Notes: a model not told the origin generated them from the sequence alone. Counted from the first letter of the stretch, positions 38,344 through 48,484 are shown. The stretch is 64,000 nucleotides of DNA from Planctomycetaceae bacterium (GCA_016793115.1 JAEUIN010000306.1:6218-70217); one strand, 5' to 3'. Translations and numbers: made by a program.

Positions 38344-39687
38344 TCACGCGGCCGGATCGCGATTCGCTTGGGGAGCGGTTGTAGGCGTTTTGACGGGCGG
38401 TGCGTCGACATTTGGAGCGCGGGGCGAATTCGGTTCTCCGGGCGGATTATGGGGGCCGGACCCCTTCGTCGGCGTCGCGAGCGGAGCCGCTTGCGAGTCT
38501 TCGGTGAGTCGCTCGTTCTTGTCGATCGACCCGGCGGGCATCCGGCCCTTCTCGGGAGTCACTTGCGAGCCGGGCCGAGCCCGCTGCAACCCGTTGATGA
38601 CGATCCAGTCCTCCGCCTTCACGCCCGAAGTCACGACTTGCATGTCGCCGATGACGATGCCGAGCTTCACGGTGCGATATTCGACGACGTTTTTGTCGTT
38701 GACGAGAAGCAGATAGTCGCCGCGCTGATCGGTGCCGACGGCGCGACGATCGACGAGCAACGCCGGCTGCGGTTCGCCGAGCGTCGCACGGAGCCGGCAG
38801 TAAAGGCCGGGGATCAGTTTGCCGTCGGCGTTGTCGTACACCGCGCGACGGAGAATGGTGCCGGTGCCGGAGTTGACGCCGAATTGGCGGAAATCAAGTC
38901 GGCCGACGTGCGGAAATCCGGCTTCGTTCTCGAGGCCGAGGTACAACGTCGGGGGCTTCACCGCCGGATCCGGGAGCTTGTGTTCGCGCAGCATTTCCAT
39001 GAAGCGGAGCAAATCCGCGTCGCTGACGTAGAATTCGGCGTAGATCGGTGTGATGCTCTCGATTACCGCCAGCAAGGACTGCTCGGCGTAGACCAAGTTG
39101 CCGACGTCGATGAGCCGCCTCCCGATGCGTCCGGAAATCGGGGCGCGGATTTCGGCGTAGCCGAGATTCAAGTTGGCTTGCTTGAGCGCCGCTTTGGCCG
39201 ACGCGACGTTTGCCGCGGCCGTGGCGCGCTGCGCTTCATCGACGTCGAATTGTTGCTTCGAAACGGAGTTCGTTTCGACGAGTTGCCGCGTCCGAGCCAA
39301 TGTGGCGTCGGCCAGCAGCAGCGCGGCCTCGGCCTTTTGCACTTCGGCGTCAGCCGCTTGCAGCGCCGCTTCGAACGGCGCTTTCTCGATGACGAACAGC
39401 AGTTCCCCCGCCTTCACGTTTTGTCCGTCGGTGAAGGCGATCCGTTCCAAGTAGCCGCCGACGCGAGCCCGCAGTTCGACGGTGGCGACGGATTTCGTCG
39501 TGCCGACGAAATCGATCGAGTCGGCGACCTTTTCCCGATGCGGTTGCGCGACGGTGACTTTCGGCGGAGGCGGCGGTACGAACTCGTTCTTAGGTCGGCA
39601 GCCCGTGGCCGCTATTGAGCACAGGCCGAGAACAACCGCGATGCGTTGCGACGCCCGAGTTCGGCGACCGGCGGGAATTCGAGTCAT
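38344..39687 (-). CDS. RND efflux periplasmic adaptor (MFP) lipoprotein with a Pro-rich C-terminal tail
   Basis: Lipobox (IAATG/C), a coiled-coil hairpin, LNLGYAEIRAPISGRIG, and barrel and MP domains. The stop lies 18 nt before the pump start. Confidence 0.92.
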   Translation of the reverse strand: MTRIPAGRRTRASQRIAVVLGLCSIAATGCRPKNEFVPPPPPKVTVAQPHREKVADSIDFVGTTKSVATVELRARVGGYLERIAFTDGQNVKAGELLFVIEKAPFEAALQAADAEVQKAEAALLLADATLARTRQLVETNSVSKQQFDVDEAQRATAAANVASAKAALKQANLNLGYAEIRAPISGRIGRRLIDVGNLVYAEQSLLAVIESITPIYAEFYVSDADLLRFMEMLREHKLPDPAVKPPTLYLGLENEAGFPHVGRLDFRQFGVNSGTGTILRRAVYDNADGKLIPGLYCRLRATLGEPQPALLVDRRAVGTDQRGDYLLLVNDKNVVEYRTVKLGIVIGDMQVVTSGVKAEDWIVINGLQRARPGSQVTPEKGRMPAGSIDKNERLTEDSQAAPLATPTKGSGPHNPPGEPNSPRAPNVDAPPVKTPTTAPQANRDPAA

Positions 39688-39932
39688 AAAGATGTTCGTC
39701 GCGGTGGTTGGCGAAGGTGATCATCGAGCTGTGCAAATCGGACGCCGCAGGTTGGACGCCGGTTTCGGTGCAGATCGCGCAGGCGTATGCAGAACTCTAG
39801 AGGTCGAGCGGCGAACGGCCATCGCGCGATTTTTGCTCAGTTGGTCCCTCACGACGTTTGTCGGCGTCGGCGACCCTCGTACAATGCTCGGCTCCTCGTT
39901 CCGCCGCCAATCGTTCTAAAGGGATTGCAAGC

Positions 39933-40988
39933 ATGTCGTCCGACAAAGCGTCGCCGTCGCCCTCCGTTCAGGCGGGTTCGCCCGTGCAAACGATTTTTAA
40001 GCTGACGTGCGGGTATTGGATTTCGCAATCGCTCTATACGGCGACCAAGCTGGGCGTGGCCGACCTGATCGCGAAGGACGGGCCGCAAACTGCGGAGCAA
40101 CTCGCGGCGGCGTGCGGCGCACACGCGCCCTCGCTCTATCGATTGTTGCGAGCGCTCGCAAGCGTGGGAGTATTTGTGGAAGACCGCGCCGACGACGGTG
40201 CGCGGCGCTTCGATCTCAATCCCGCGGCCGAGTGCTTACTCGATCGGCCCGGTTCGCAGCGCGCGATGGTTTTGATGATGGGCGAAGAGCACTACCAGGT
40301 TTACGGCAAGCTCATGTACAGCGTGCAAACCGGTAAGCCCGCCTTCGACCATTTGTTCGGCGAGCCGGTGTTTCAGTACTTATCGAAGCACGCGGAATCG
40401 GCGACGCTGTTCGATGCGGCGATGACAGGGATTCACGGCGCCGAGACGGCGGCGATGATCGACGCGTACGATTTTTCGGGGCTTGGCACCGTGGTCGATA
40501 TCGGCGGCGGGAACGGCACGGTGATTCGCACCGTGTTAGAGAAGTATCCGGCGATGCAAGGCGTGCTCTACGACATGCCGCACGTCGTCGAGCGGGCCGC
40601 GCCGGCGCTCGCGGCGTCAGGCGTCGGCGGCCGCTGCCGCACGGTGGGCGGCAACTTCTTCGAATCTGTTCCGCCGGGCGGCGACGCCTACCTGATGCGG
40701 CATATCATTCACGATTGGACCGACGAACAGTGCCGCACGATCCTCGCCAATTGCGCCCGCGCGATGAAACCCGAGGCAAAGCTATTGGTGATCGACGCCG
40801 TGATCAAGCCGGGGAACGAGCCGCAGTTTTCGAAGTTTCTCGACATCACGATGCTTACGATTCCCGGCGGCAAAGAGCGCACCGCGGAGGAATTTCAAAA
40901 CCTGTTCGCCTCGGCCGGATTTGAGCTGGCGCAAATCGTGCCGACGAAGAGCGAGGTGAGCATCGTCGAGGGGAGGCTTAGGGGATGA
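39933..40988 (+). CDS. Class I SAM-dependent O-methyltransferase (family 2, with dimerisation domain)
   Basis: Winged-helix dimerisation N-terminus (LGVADLIAKDGPQTAEQLAAACGAHAPSLYRLLRAL), SAM motif VVDIGGGNG, and DAYLMRHIIHDW. Confidence 0.9.
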   Translation: MSSDKASPSPSVQAGSPVQTIFKLTCGYWISQSLYTATKLGVADLIAKDGPQTAEQLAAACGAHAPSLYRLLRALASVGVFVEDRADDGARRFDLNPAAECLLDRPGSQRAMVLMMGEEHYQVYGKLMYSVQTGKPAFDHLFGEPVFQYLSKHAESATLFDAAMTGIHGAETAAMIDAYDFSGLGTVVDIGGGNGTVIRTVLEKYPAMQGVLYDMPHVVERAAPALAASGVGGRCRTVGGNFFESVPPGGDAYLMRHIIHDWTDEQCRTILANCARAMKPEAKLLVIDAVIKPGNEPQFSKFLDITMLTIPGGKERTAEEFQNLFASAGFELAQIVPTKSEVSIVEGRLRG

Positions 40989-41115
40989 ATGCCGACAGGC
41001 ACGATGCTCCTTTAGCGGCGCGGCGCTCAGTTCCCGCAGCGAAGCGCAGAGCGGATAACAGGGCGAGAGCGCCAACATGAGTTTGTCCGACTCACGCACG
41101 ACGCAATTCCGCCGC

Positions 41116-42027
41116 TTACTTGTTCGGGCTCTCAATGCCGGCCGATTTCAGGAACGCGAGCGCTTGCCCCATCGCTTCATCGAAGAGTTCCTGCGTCCGC
41201 ATTGCATAGCTGTGGCTGCCGCGTTGGTGGGCGATAAGCTGCGCTTGATTGCCTGCGGCGTGCATCGCTTCGTCGAACGCCTTGGCCCCCGCGAACGGCG
41301 TCGTAGTGTCGCGCATGCCGTGTAGGACGATCGTCGGAGGTAGGCCGGGCTTGACCAAGTGGCGCGGCGAGAGTTCTTTCCAACGCGAGGCGAGCAACTC
41401 GTGTCCGTAGCCTTCGGCGGAGGTGTCGATCACCGGGGAGAACAGCACGAGAGCGTCGGGAACGCATGAGACCTTGAGATCGTCGGTCGCTTCGTCGAGG
41501 CCCGCGCCGAGCGCCGTCATCGCCGCGAGATGTCCCCCCGCCGAGCGGCCGCCGGCGACGATCCGGTTCGGATCGATGCCGAGTTCCGCGGCATGGGTGC
41601 GCAGATAGCGCATCGCCGAGCGAGCATCTTTCACGGATTCCCACGCGGTTGTGCCTTCGGTCGGCTTATGCAAACGATAACGCATGCTGGCGCAGACCCA
41701 GCCGCGGCGTGCCAAGTCCTCGCAGACGCAATACATGATCGTCGGCGTGCCTGCGACCCAACCGCCGCCGTGGATCGCAAGAAAGCAGGGGCGACGATCG
41801 CTCGGCTTATGTCCGGCCGGCTCGAACACATGCAACTCAAGCTTGCGATCGTCGATCGTCTTGTAAACGACGAGCCGCTTCGGCTTGACTTCTTTGGAGC
41901 GCGTGAGCGCGAAGTCGCCCTTTTTGATCGGGGCGGCCCCGACCGACGGCTTCGGATCGGCGGCACGCGAAACGCTTGCGGCGACGACGATGAATAAGGC
42001 GGCGAAAAACGGTGTGCGCGGAGCCAT
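41116..42027 (-). CDS. Secreted alpha/beta hydrolase (esterase/lipase-like)
   Basis: Signal peptide, HGGGW oxyanion motif, GRSAGG nucleophile elbow, and a C-terminal His (GSHSY). Confidence 0.88.
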   Translation of the reverse strand: MAPRTPFFAALFIVVAASVSRAADPKPSVGAAPIKKGDFALTRSKEVKPKRLVVYKTIDDRKLELHVFEPAGHKPSDRRPCFLAIHGGGWVAGTPTIMYCVCEDLARRGWVCASMRYRLHKPTEGTTAWESVKDARSAMRYLRTHAAELGIDPNRIVAGGRSAGGHLAAMTALGAGLDEATDDLKVSCVPDALVLFSPVIDTSAEGYGHELLASRWKELSPRHLVKPGLPPTIVLHGMRDTTTPFAGAKAFDEAMHAAGNQAQLIAHQRGSHSYAMRTQELFDEAMGQALAFLKSAGIESPNK

Positions 42028-42112
42028 GTAGATCTCGGCGGCGAGGCGGGAAGGCGAGACGAGCGAGCCCATCGTAATCCGACGCCGATCGCCGAGCAAT
42101 TCTTTGCCGCGC

Positions 42113-42622
42113 TTAGCTCGCCGGCGACGATTTGTCGCTGCAGTGTCGTTCGATCGCGCGCGTTTCTTCGCCGATGATGTAGAGCGTCAGTCGGGTTTCG
42201 AGCACGAGCATTCCCGAGCCGACGACCAAACCGAGCACGCCGCCGACGCCGACGACGAAGCCGACGTCAAGCGAAACTTTTTGAGCGATGTTGTGTTGCG
42301 TGAAAGAGAAGCCGGCGGCCAGCAGTGAGATGAGGCTCGCCGCGGCGAACGAACCGACGGCGAAGTAAAACGAAGTCAGCGCGCGGACTACGATCTTCGC
42401 GCGCCGTTGCGCGTAGCGGAGTTGCAGCACGCGAGATTCCGTAAGCCACCCCGGTTCGACTCCGGCCGCCTTCATTTCGGCACCGAGCGCGCGCACCCGA
42501 TCGACGGCCCGCGCGAACCGGTTGCCGGTACCGAGCACCAAGATGCTCGAGGCGTTGGTGAGCATCGCCGGCGCGACGATGAACGTCAGAATGCTAAGCG
42601 GGTTGGAAGCGAGCGGATCCAT
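42113..42622 (-). CDS. DUF2721-family membrane protein
   Basis: Start at MDPLASNPLSILTF (ATG 42622). NASSILVLGTGNRFARAVDRVRAL plus two C-terminal TM helices resemble DUF2721. Confidence 0.7.
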   Translation of the reverse strand: MDPLASNPLSILTFIVAPAMLTNASSILVLGTGNRFARAVDRVRALGAEMKAAGVEPGWLTESRVLQLRYAQRRAKIVVRALTSFYFAVGSFAAASLISLLAAGFSFTQHNIAQKVSLDVGFVVGVGGVLGLVVGSGMLVLETRLTLYIIGEETRAIERHCSDKSSPAS

Positions 42623-42902
42623 CAAATTCTCCTGACAGCGCCGGTGAGATTCCGGAGTTTTAAACATCCATCGGCAATCGGGCCTTCGCAAAGTGAGGCC
42701 GGGACAAACGGCTGTGCGTGCGGCGGCGAGTGTGACGTTGCGGTGCATGAAGCGCGCCGGGGTGTCGCAAAACGTCGCGCAGCGACCATGATCGTTCGAG
42801 TCGAGTCGGCGCCGCGATGCCGCAATCGGCGGAACTCGGCTTTTATCAGACTGAGGTACGAGCTTCGCAATGCCTGTAACGACAAAATTAAGGAGACAGA
42901 TC

Positions 42903-43277
42903 ATGGCGACTCAAGAAGGCAACCTTTTCGACAGAATCGGCGGCGAACTCGGACTTGAGCGATTGCTTGCCGACTTCTACGATCGCGTGCTCGCCGATGC
43001 GGAACTGGCGCACTTCTTCGCGCGATCGTCGATGGACAAGGTGCGACGAATGCAGCGTGAGTTTTTCGGCGCCGCGCTCGACGGCCCTCAAGTCTATAGC
43101 GGACTCTCGCTCAGTTGGGTCCACTCAGGCCGTGGGATCACGACGCACCACTTTAACCTGTTTGGACAGCATCTCTTGGCCACGCTCTCCGAGAGCGGAA
43201 TCGACGAAGTCGACGTTCGCGAGGTAGTCCACCGAATTTCGGTGCACAAGAACGACATCACCGGCGAAGGTTACTAG
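42903..43277 (+). CDS. glbN: Group I truncated haemoglobin
   Basis: LFDRIGG...LLADFYDRVLADAELAHFF...MQREFFGAALDGP..Y.G and 124 aa length. AAGGAG RBS. Confidence 0.85.
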   Translation: MATQEGNLFDRIGGELGLERLLADFYDRVLADAELAHFFARSSMDKVRRMQREFFGAALDGPQVYSGLSLSWVHSGRGITTHHFNLFGQHLLATLSESGIDEVDVREVVHRISVHKNDITGEGY

Positions 43278-43584
43278 TCTTCGTCACCGACGAATCTTGC
43301 GGCATTCGACTTGCGCATGGCGAGTTCGCGGATTGGGCGGCTTAGTGCGAATATCCGGGGGTGCCGGCAAATTCCGCGGCGACGGGAACGCGGACGGACG
43401 TCTAACGCTACGCCCGGCAACCTCGCACCGTCGCCTGCTGATTAAGCCTCACCCGCCCTGAAACGCCGCAACCTCAGGATCAGTCCGCCAATTGACGCTT
43501 CGACGTAAGCTGTTTAGCATTAAACTGTTTACGCATTTCTTGGCGCCCTTCTGAGGCGCTCTCTACTTCGGAGCGGTCGGCAGA

Positions 43585-44964
43585 GTGACGCAAAAGGCTT
43601 GGAGCGGTGTTTTTGAGCAAGCGACCGACAAACGGGTCGAGAAGTTCACTGAAAGCGTGAGCTTCGACCACCGTCTGTACGTGCAGGACATCCGTTGCTC
43701 CATCGCCCACGCCCAGATGTTGGCCCATGTCGGCCTGATTACGTCGGATGAATGCCGCCAGATTGAGCAGGGCCTGGAGGGGATTCGCCGGGAGATTGAG
43801 CAAGGGACGTTTCCATTCCGAACGGAATTGGAAGACATCCATATGCACATCGAGCGAGCCCTGACGGATCGGACGGGCGACGTCGGCCGCAAACTCCACA
43901 CGGCCCGCAGCCGCAATGATCAGGTCTCCACGGATCTGCGGGTCTGGGTCCGCGACACGATCGACGAAATCGACGCCCGCCTCGTCGACCTTCAACGGGC
44001 GTTCGTCAGCCGGTGTGATCGCGATTGCGATGTGATTCTGCCCGGCTACACGCACCTGCAGCGGGCACAACCGGTGCTCGCACCGCATTATTGGCTCGCC
44101 TACACCGAAAAGCTCGAGCGCGACCGAGGCCGCTTGGCCGATTGCCGTAAGCGAGCGAACGTGCTCAGCCTAGGAGCCGCGGCTCTGGCCGGCACCACGC
44201 TGCCGATCGATCGACACGACGTCGCTCGCCGGCTCGGGTTCGACGACGTGGCCAAGAACTCTCTCGACGTTTCGAGCGACCGCGACTTCGCCGTCGAGTT
44301 CGCCTTCGTGCTCTCGCTCATCGCCGAGCATTTGAGCACCTGGGCCGAAGAGTGGATTTTGTGGAGCACGACGGAGTTCAATTTCATCAAGCTGCCGCAG
44401 ACGTTTTGCACCGGCAGCTCGATCATGCCGCAGAAGATTAACCCCGACGTGCTCGAGCTGACGCGCGGCAAGACGGCCCGCGTCGTGGGCAACCTAACTC
44501 GCCTCCTAGTGCTGATCAAAGGCTTGCCGCTGGCCTATAATCGCGATCTGCAAGAAGATAAGGAGCCGCTGTTCGACTCCGCCGACACGGTTCGAATGTG
44601 TTTGGAACTGGCCGCGCCGCTCGTCGCCGGGGCGGAATTGAAACGTGAGGTGATCGCCGCGCGGCTCGACCGCGGGCATCTCGATGCGACGACGCTGATG
44701 GAGTTGTTGATCAAGCTAGGAGTGCCGCAACGGACGGGGCATGAGATCGTCGGCAAGTTGGTGAAGACGGCGTTGGAGCGCGGCTGCCGATTGTCGGATC
44801 TCAAGCAGGAGGAGTTCACCGCGGCCCACCCGAGCCTGGACGCACGGGTCTACGACGTGCTGGGGCCGGAAGCGGCCGTGCGCGCATTCGTGAGCTATGG
44901 ATCGACCGCGCCGGCCGAAGTGGCTCGGCAAGTCGAAGCATGGAAGCGCAAACTCGCCCTTTGA
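43585..44964 (+). CDS. argH: Argininosuccinate lyase
   Basis: [19 protein letters not shown] and the [12 protein letters not shown] signature. GTG start. Confidence 0.97.
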   Translation: MTQKAWSGVFEQATDKRVEKFTESVSFDHRLYVQDIRCSIAHAQMLAHVGLITSDECRQIEQGLEGIRREIEQGTFPFRTELEDIHMHIERALTDRTGDVGRKLHTARSRNDQVSTDLRVWVRDTIDEIDARLVDLQRAFVSRCDRDCDVILPGYTHLQRAQPVLAPHYWLAYTEKLERDRGRLADCRKRANVLSLGAAALAGTTLPIDRHDVARRLGFDDVAKNSLDVSSDRDFAVEFAFVLSLIAEHLSTWAEEWILWSTTEFNFIKLPQTFCTGSSIMPQKINPDVLELTRGKTARVVGNLTRLLVLIKGLPLAYNRDLQEDKEPLFDSADTVRMCLELAAPLVAGAELKREVIAARLDRGHLDATTLMELLIKLGVPQRTGHEIVGKLVKTALERGCRLSDLKQEEFTAAHPSLDARVYDVLGPEAAVRAFVSYGSTAPAEVARQVEAWKRKLAL

Positions 44965-44998
44965 GTCGCACCCCGAGCTTCCGCACTTCGGTGATCGT

Positions 44999-47302
44999 AT
45001 GAAAAGCATTCTTAGGCATTTCGCGCCGTTGCCCCTTGGACTGTGCGTCGCAGTCGTCGTGAACCTGGCGAACGTTTCCGCGCAAGTCCCCGCCGCCGCG
45101 CCGCCGGTCGTCGACGATCCGGCCGTGCAAGCGCTCTTGGCGACGAACCCGCAAACGCCGGAAGACCTGCTTAACACGGCTCTGCTGCTCGTCGACTTGA
45201 AGTACCCTCAGGTCGCGAAGCCGCTGTTTGACCAATTGCTGACGACGGCGGTGGAACCGGAACAATTGGCGGCGCTGGGGCGCAGCGCCGGCATCGCGAA
45301 GTTGAACCGGCTTACGACGGTCAAGGAATTCCAGCCGCAAGCCGCGGACTTTGTGAAACGGGTGATTGCGGCGACGAACGCCGCGAATCGTGATCCGGCT
45401 CGACTGGCTGAATTGATCGAACGCTTGAAGCAGCCGAATACTCAAGTGCAAGCTGCGGCGGTCGTCGCTCTGCGCAGCGGCGGAGATGCGGCGGCGCAAG
45501 CGTTGGTGGACGTGCTGCTTGATCCCGCGCGCGCCTCGGAGCACAAAACGATCTCGACCGCGCTGGCGGGGCTGGGGGGCGAAGGCGCCGGACCGCTCGC
45601 CGTGTTGGCGGTCAACGGGTCCGAAGCGCAAAGGTTGATTGCACTCGACGCTCTCGGCTACGTCGAAACCGACGCGACGCCGCCGGGCGTCGTCGAAGCG
45701 CCGCTGTTCGCGGCCGCCTTCGGTGAACAAAGCTCGCCTGAAGTGCGCCGGGCGGCCGAAGCCGCCGTCGTGCGCCGTCGCGGCGCGCTGCCGAAGCAAA
45801 TCGAAGCGGCGGCCGAACTCTATCTGCAAGCGAAACACGCCTACTTCACTAAGCCGTTTGATCTCGACGGCACGGGCAACGCCGCGATTTGGACTTGGGA
45901 CGCTTCGGCCAAGAAGCCGGCACGCGTGACCGTACCTCGAGCCGCGGAGTCGTTCGCCGAAGCCGCATTACTGGCTCGCACCGCGGCCGAGCTGTCTGCG
46001 AACGATGCGGCGGCGCTCCAGTTGGCTCGCGCCGCTTCGTTGGAAAATGCTCTAGTTGCCCAAAATGCTCAAGCGTTGAAGGCTTGGGTCGCCGAGAAGC
46101 CGAGCGTCGCCGAACTGGAAAAGTTGCTCGACTTCGCGATCGCGAACGATCGAACGTCCGCAGCGATCGCGCTCGTCGACATCTTAGCCGCTGCTTCGGG
46201 CTCCGCCGCTCTCGATTCGGTCGGTGGCAAGCCGGCCCCGCTCGTGCGGGCCGTCCAGTCCGCGGATCGGCGGATCCGTTTCGCTGCGCTGCAGCAGATT
46301 TTGAAGCTCGACCCCAAAGTTCCGTTTGCCGGGTCGAGCGGCGTGAACGACGCGCTCGGTTATTTCGCCGCCGGCTCCGGAGCCCGCAAAGCGTTGGTCG
46401 TCGACGCTCATCCGACGCGCGGCCGCGACGTCGCCGGCATTCTCGCGGGGCTCGGCTATCAGGTCGATGCCGTGCCCGATGCTCGGAGCGCGGTACGTCG
46501 CGCCGCGGCCGACCCCGATCTGGAGTTGGTCTTGATGTACCGGACGATGGTCGACCCGGCGCTCGGGCAATTGCTGGCCCAATTTCGCGCCGACTATCGT
46601 ACGGCTCGTCTGCCGGTCGCCGTGTATTGCGAGCCGAACGACGTGGAGCGAATGCGCTCCGCGGTGCGCAACGACATGTTCGCGACGGCGATCTACCAGC
46701 CGCGGATGGTCGATACGCTGAAGTTGCAACTGGCCGAATTGGAGGCGGCCGCCGTCGCCGCTTTGCCCTCCGCCGCCGAGCGCGTGACCGAAGCGCAGGC
46801 CGCCCTGACGGCGATCGGCCGCTTGGTCGACGTGCGGAGCAAGGTGTTTAATGCGCGCCAGTTCGAGCCGGTGTTGTTGACCGCGGCGTGGAATTCTTTG
46901 GTCGGCAAACAAGCTCTTGGTGCGCTTGGTTATCTGGGATCGCCCGCCGCACAGCGCACGCTGGCCGACGTTGCGAGCGCCAACGCGTTGCCGCTCGAGT
47001 TGCGTCAAGAGGCGACGAAAGCGTTTTGTGAAAGCGTGATTCGCTTCGGCACGCTGCTGACGACGACCGAAGTGCTGCGACAATACGATCGCTATAATGC
47101 CGCCGAAAAGCTCGACCGAGCGACGCAAGAACTGCTGGCGGCTATTCTCGACGCCGTTGAAGCTCGCGCGGCGAAGGTGCCCACAGGTCGGGCCGCGTCT
47201 GCGTCGTCGCCGCAGCCCGAGGAAGCTTCCAAGCCCGCCGGGGAATCGATTTCCGCGCCCGCAGTCGTTCCCGCCGTCCCGACGGTGCCCGCCGCTCCAT
47301 GA
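44999..47302 (+). CDS. Large HEAT-like helical-repeat protein with an embedded degenerate receiver (REC-like) domain
   Basis: ATG 44999 in ORF 44897..47302. Ala/Leu-rich helical repeats (e.g. QAAAVVALRSGGDAAAQALVDVLLDP). Residues about 462-582 (nt 46382-46744) have CheY-like beta-alpha periodicity but lack the key acidic and Lys residues. Confidence 0.7.
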   Translation: MKSILRHFAPLPLGLCVAVVVNLANVSAQVPAAAPPVVDDPAVQALLATNPQTPEDLLNTALLLVDLKYPQVAKPLFDQLLTTAVEPEQLAALGRSAGIAKLNRLTTVKEFQPQAADFVKRVIAATNAANRDPARLAELIERLKQPNTQVQAAAVVALRSGGDAAAQALVDVLLDPARASEHKTISTALAGLGGEGAGPLAVLAVNGSEAQRLIALDALGYVETDATPPGVVEAPLFAAAFGEQSSPEVRRAAEAAVVRRRGALPKQIEAAAELYLQAKHAYFTKPFDLDGTGNAAIWTWDASAKKPARVTVPRAAESFAEAALLARTAAELSANDAAALQLARAASLENALVAQNAQALKAWVAEKPSVAELEKLLDFAIANDRTSAAIALVDILAAASGSAALDSVGGKPAPLVRAVQSADRRIRFAALQQILKLDPKVPFAGSSGVNDALGYFAAGSGARKALVVDAHPTRGRDVAGILAGLGYQVDAVPDARSAVRRAAADPDLELVLMYRTMVDPALGQLLAQFRADYRTARLPVAVYCEPNDVERMRSAVRNDMFATAIYQPRMVDTLKLQLAELEAAAVAALPSAAERVTEAQAALTAIGRLVDVRSKVFNARQFEPVLLTAAWNSLVGKQALGALGYLGSPAAQRTLADVASANALPLELRQEATKAFCESVIRFGTLLTTTEVLRQYDRYNAAEKLDRATQELLAAILDAVEARAAKVPTGRAASASSPQPEEASKPAGESISAPAVVPAVPTVPAAP

Positions 47303-48378
47303 GTCGTTTCTCCAGCAGTTTCGATTCGCGCGAGCAGCGCGGCCCGCCGATTCCCGGATTGATCGGATCGGGGCCGGCTATGGAGAAAGTCTACGCGCTC
47401 ACGCGCAAGGTAGCCGAATCGAACGCCAGTGTGCTATTGCTCGGCGAGACCGGCACCGGAAAAGAACTGATCGCCAAGGCCGTGCACACGTTGAGCCCGC
47501 GCGGCAGCGGCCCGTTCGTGCGCGTGAATTGCGGGGCGCTGTCGGAAAGTCTGCTCGAAAGCGAATTATTCGGCCACGTGCGCGGCTCGTTTACCGGCGC
47601 GATCGACAATCGAACGGGGCGCTTCGAAGCGGCGCACACCGGCACCGTGTTTCTCGACGAGATCAACTCCACCACGCCGAAGCTGCAAGTGAAGTTGTTG
47701 CGCGTGTTGCAGGAACGCGAGTTCGAGCGCGTCGGCGATACGGCGACGATTCGCGTCGACGTGCGCGTTATCGCCGCGAGCAACCGCGATCTGGCCGACG
47801 AAGTCGAAAGCGAGCGGTTTCGCGAAGACTTGTACTATCGTTTGAACGTCGTGCCGATCGCCTTGCCGCCGCTGCGCGAGCGGCGCGAGGATATCCCCGA
47901 ACTCGTCGGTTATTTCCTCAACATGTACAATGAGAGAAACGACCGCTACGTCGTGCATATCGATCCGCGGGCCATGCAAGCGTTGCAAGATCACCACTGG
48001 CCGGGGAACGTTCGCGAACTGCAAAACTACATCGAGCGGTCCGTCGTGATGGCGCCCGGCGACGAGCTCACGCTCGACCTGCTGCCGGAGAATGTGCAAG
48101 GGGGCGGCGGTGCGAAAGGACGCAGTCCGCGTTTCAAAGGGACCGACCTGGAGACGCTCACGTTCGAGTTGGTTCAGCAAGGCTTGACGACGTCGTCGCC
48201 CAATGAGACCGATCTGCACGCGAAGATCGTCGACCGAGTCGAAAAAGAGCTGATCGTGCAAGTGCTGGCCGCTTGTGACAACGTACAGATCAAGGCCGCG
48301 GCGAAGCTCGGCATCAACCGAAATACGCTGCACAAGAAGCTGAAAGACTACGGTTTGGAAGACGAAACAAAGGAATAG
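47299..48378 (+). CDS. Sigma-54-dependent transcriptional activator (AAA+ plus Fis-type HTH) lacking an N-terminal regulatory domain
   Basis: Walker A GETGTGKE, ESELFGH, the GAFTGA-loop variant GSFTGA, Walker B VFLDEI, WPGNVRELQN, and C-terminal HTH AAAKLGINRNTLHKKLKDYGL. Its ATG overlaps the upstream stop (ATGA). Confidence 0.93.
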   Translation: MSRFSSSFDSREQRGPPIPGLIGSGPAMEKVYALTRKVAESNASVLLLGETGTGKELIAKAVHTLSPRGSGPFVRVNCGALSESLLESELFGHVRGSFTGAIDNRTGRFEAAHTGTVFLDEINSTTPKLQVKLLRVLQEREFERVGDTATIRVDVRVIAASNRDLADEVESERFREDLYYRLNVVPIALPPLRERREDIPELVGYFLNMYNERNDRYVVHIDPRAMQALQDHHWPGNVRELQNYIERSVVMAPGDELTLDLLPENVQGGGGAKGRSPRFKGTDLETLTFELVQQGLTTSSPNETDLHAKIVDRVEKELIVQVLAACDNVQIKAAAKLGINRNTLHKKLKDYGLEDETKE

Positions 48379-48484
48379 GGAGGCGGAAAGACAATGCGGA
48401 ACGCAACACGCAAAATGCAAAACGTTTGAGCCACGGCGCATTTCGTTTTGACTTTTGCATTCCGCCTCTTGACTTCCGGATATC

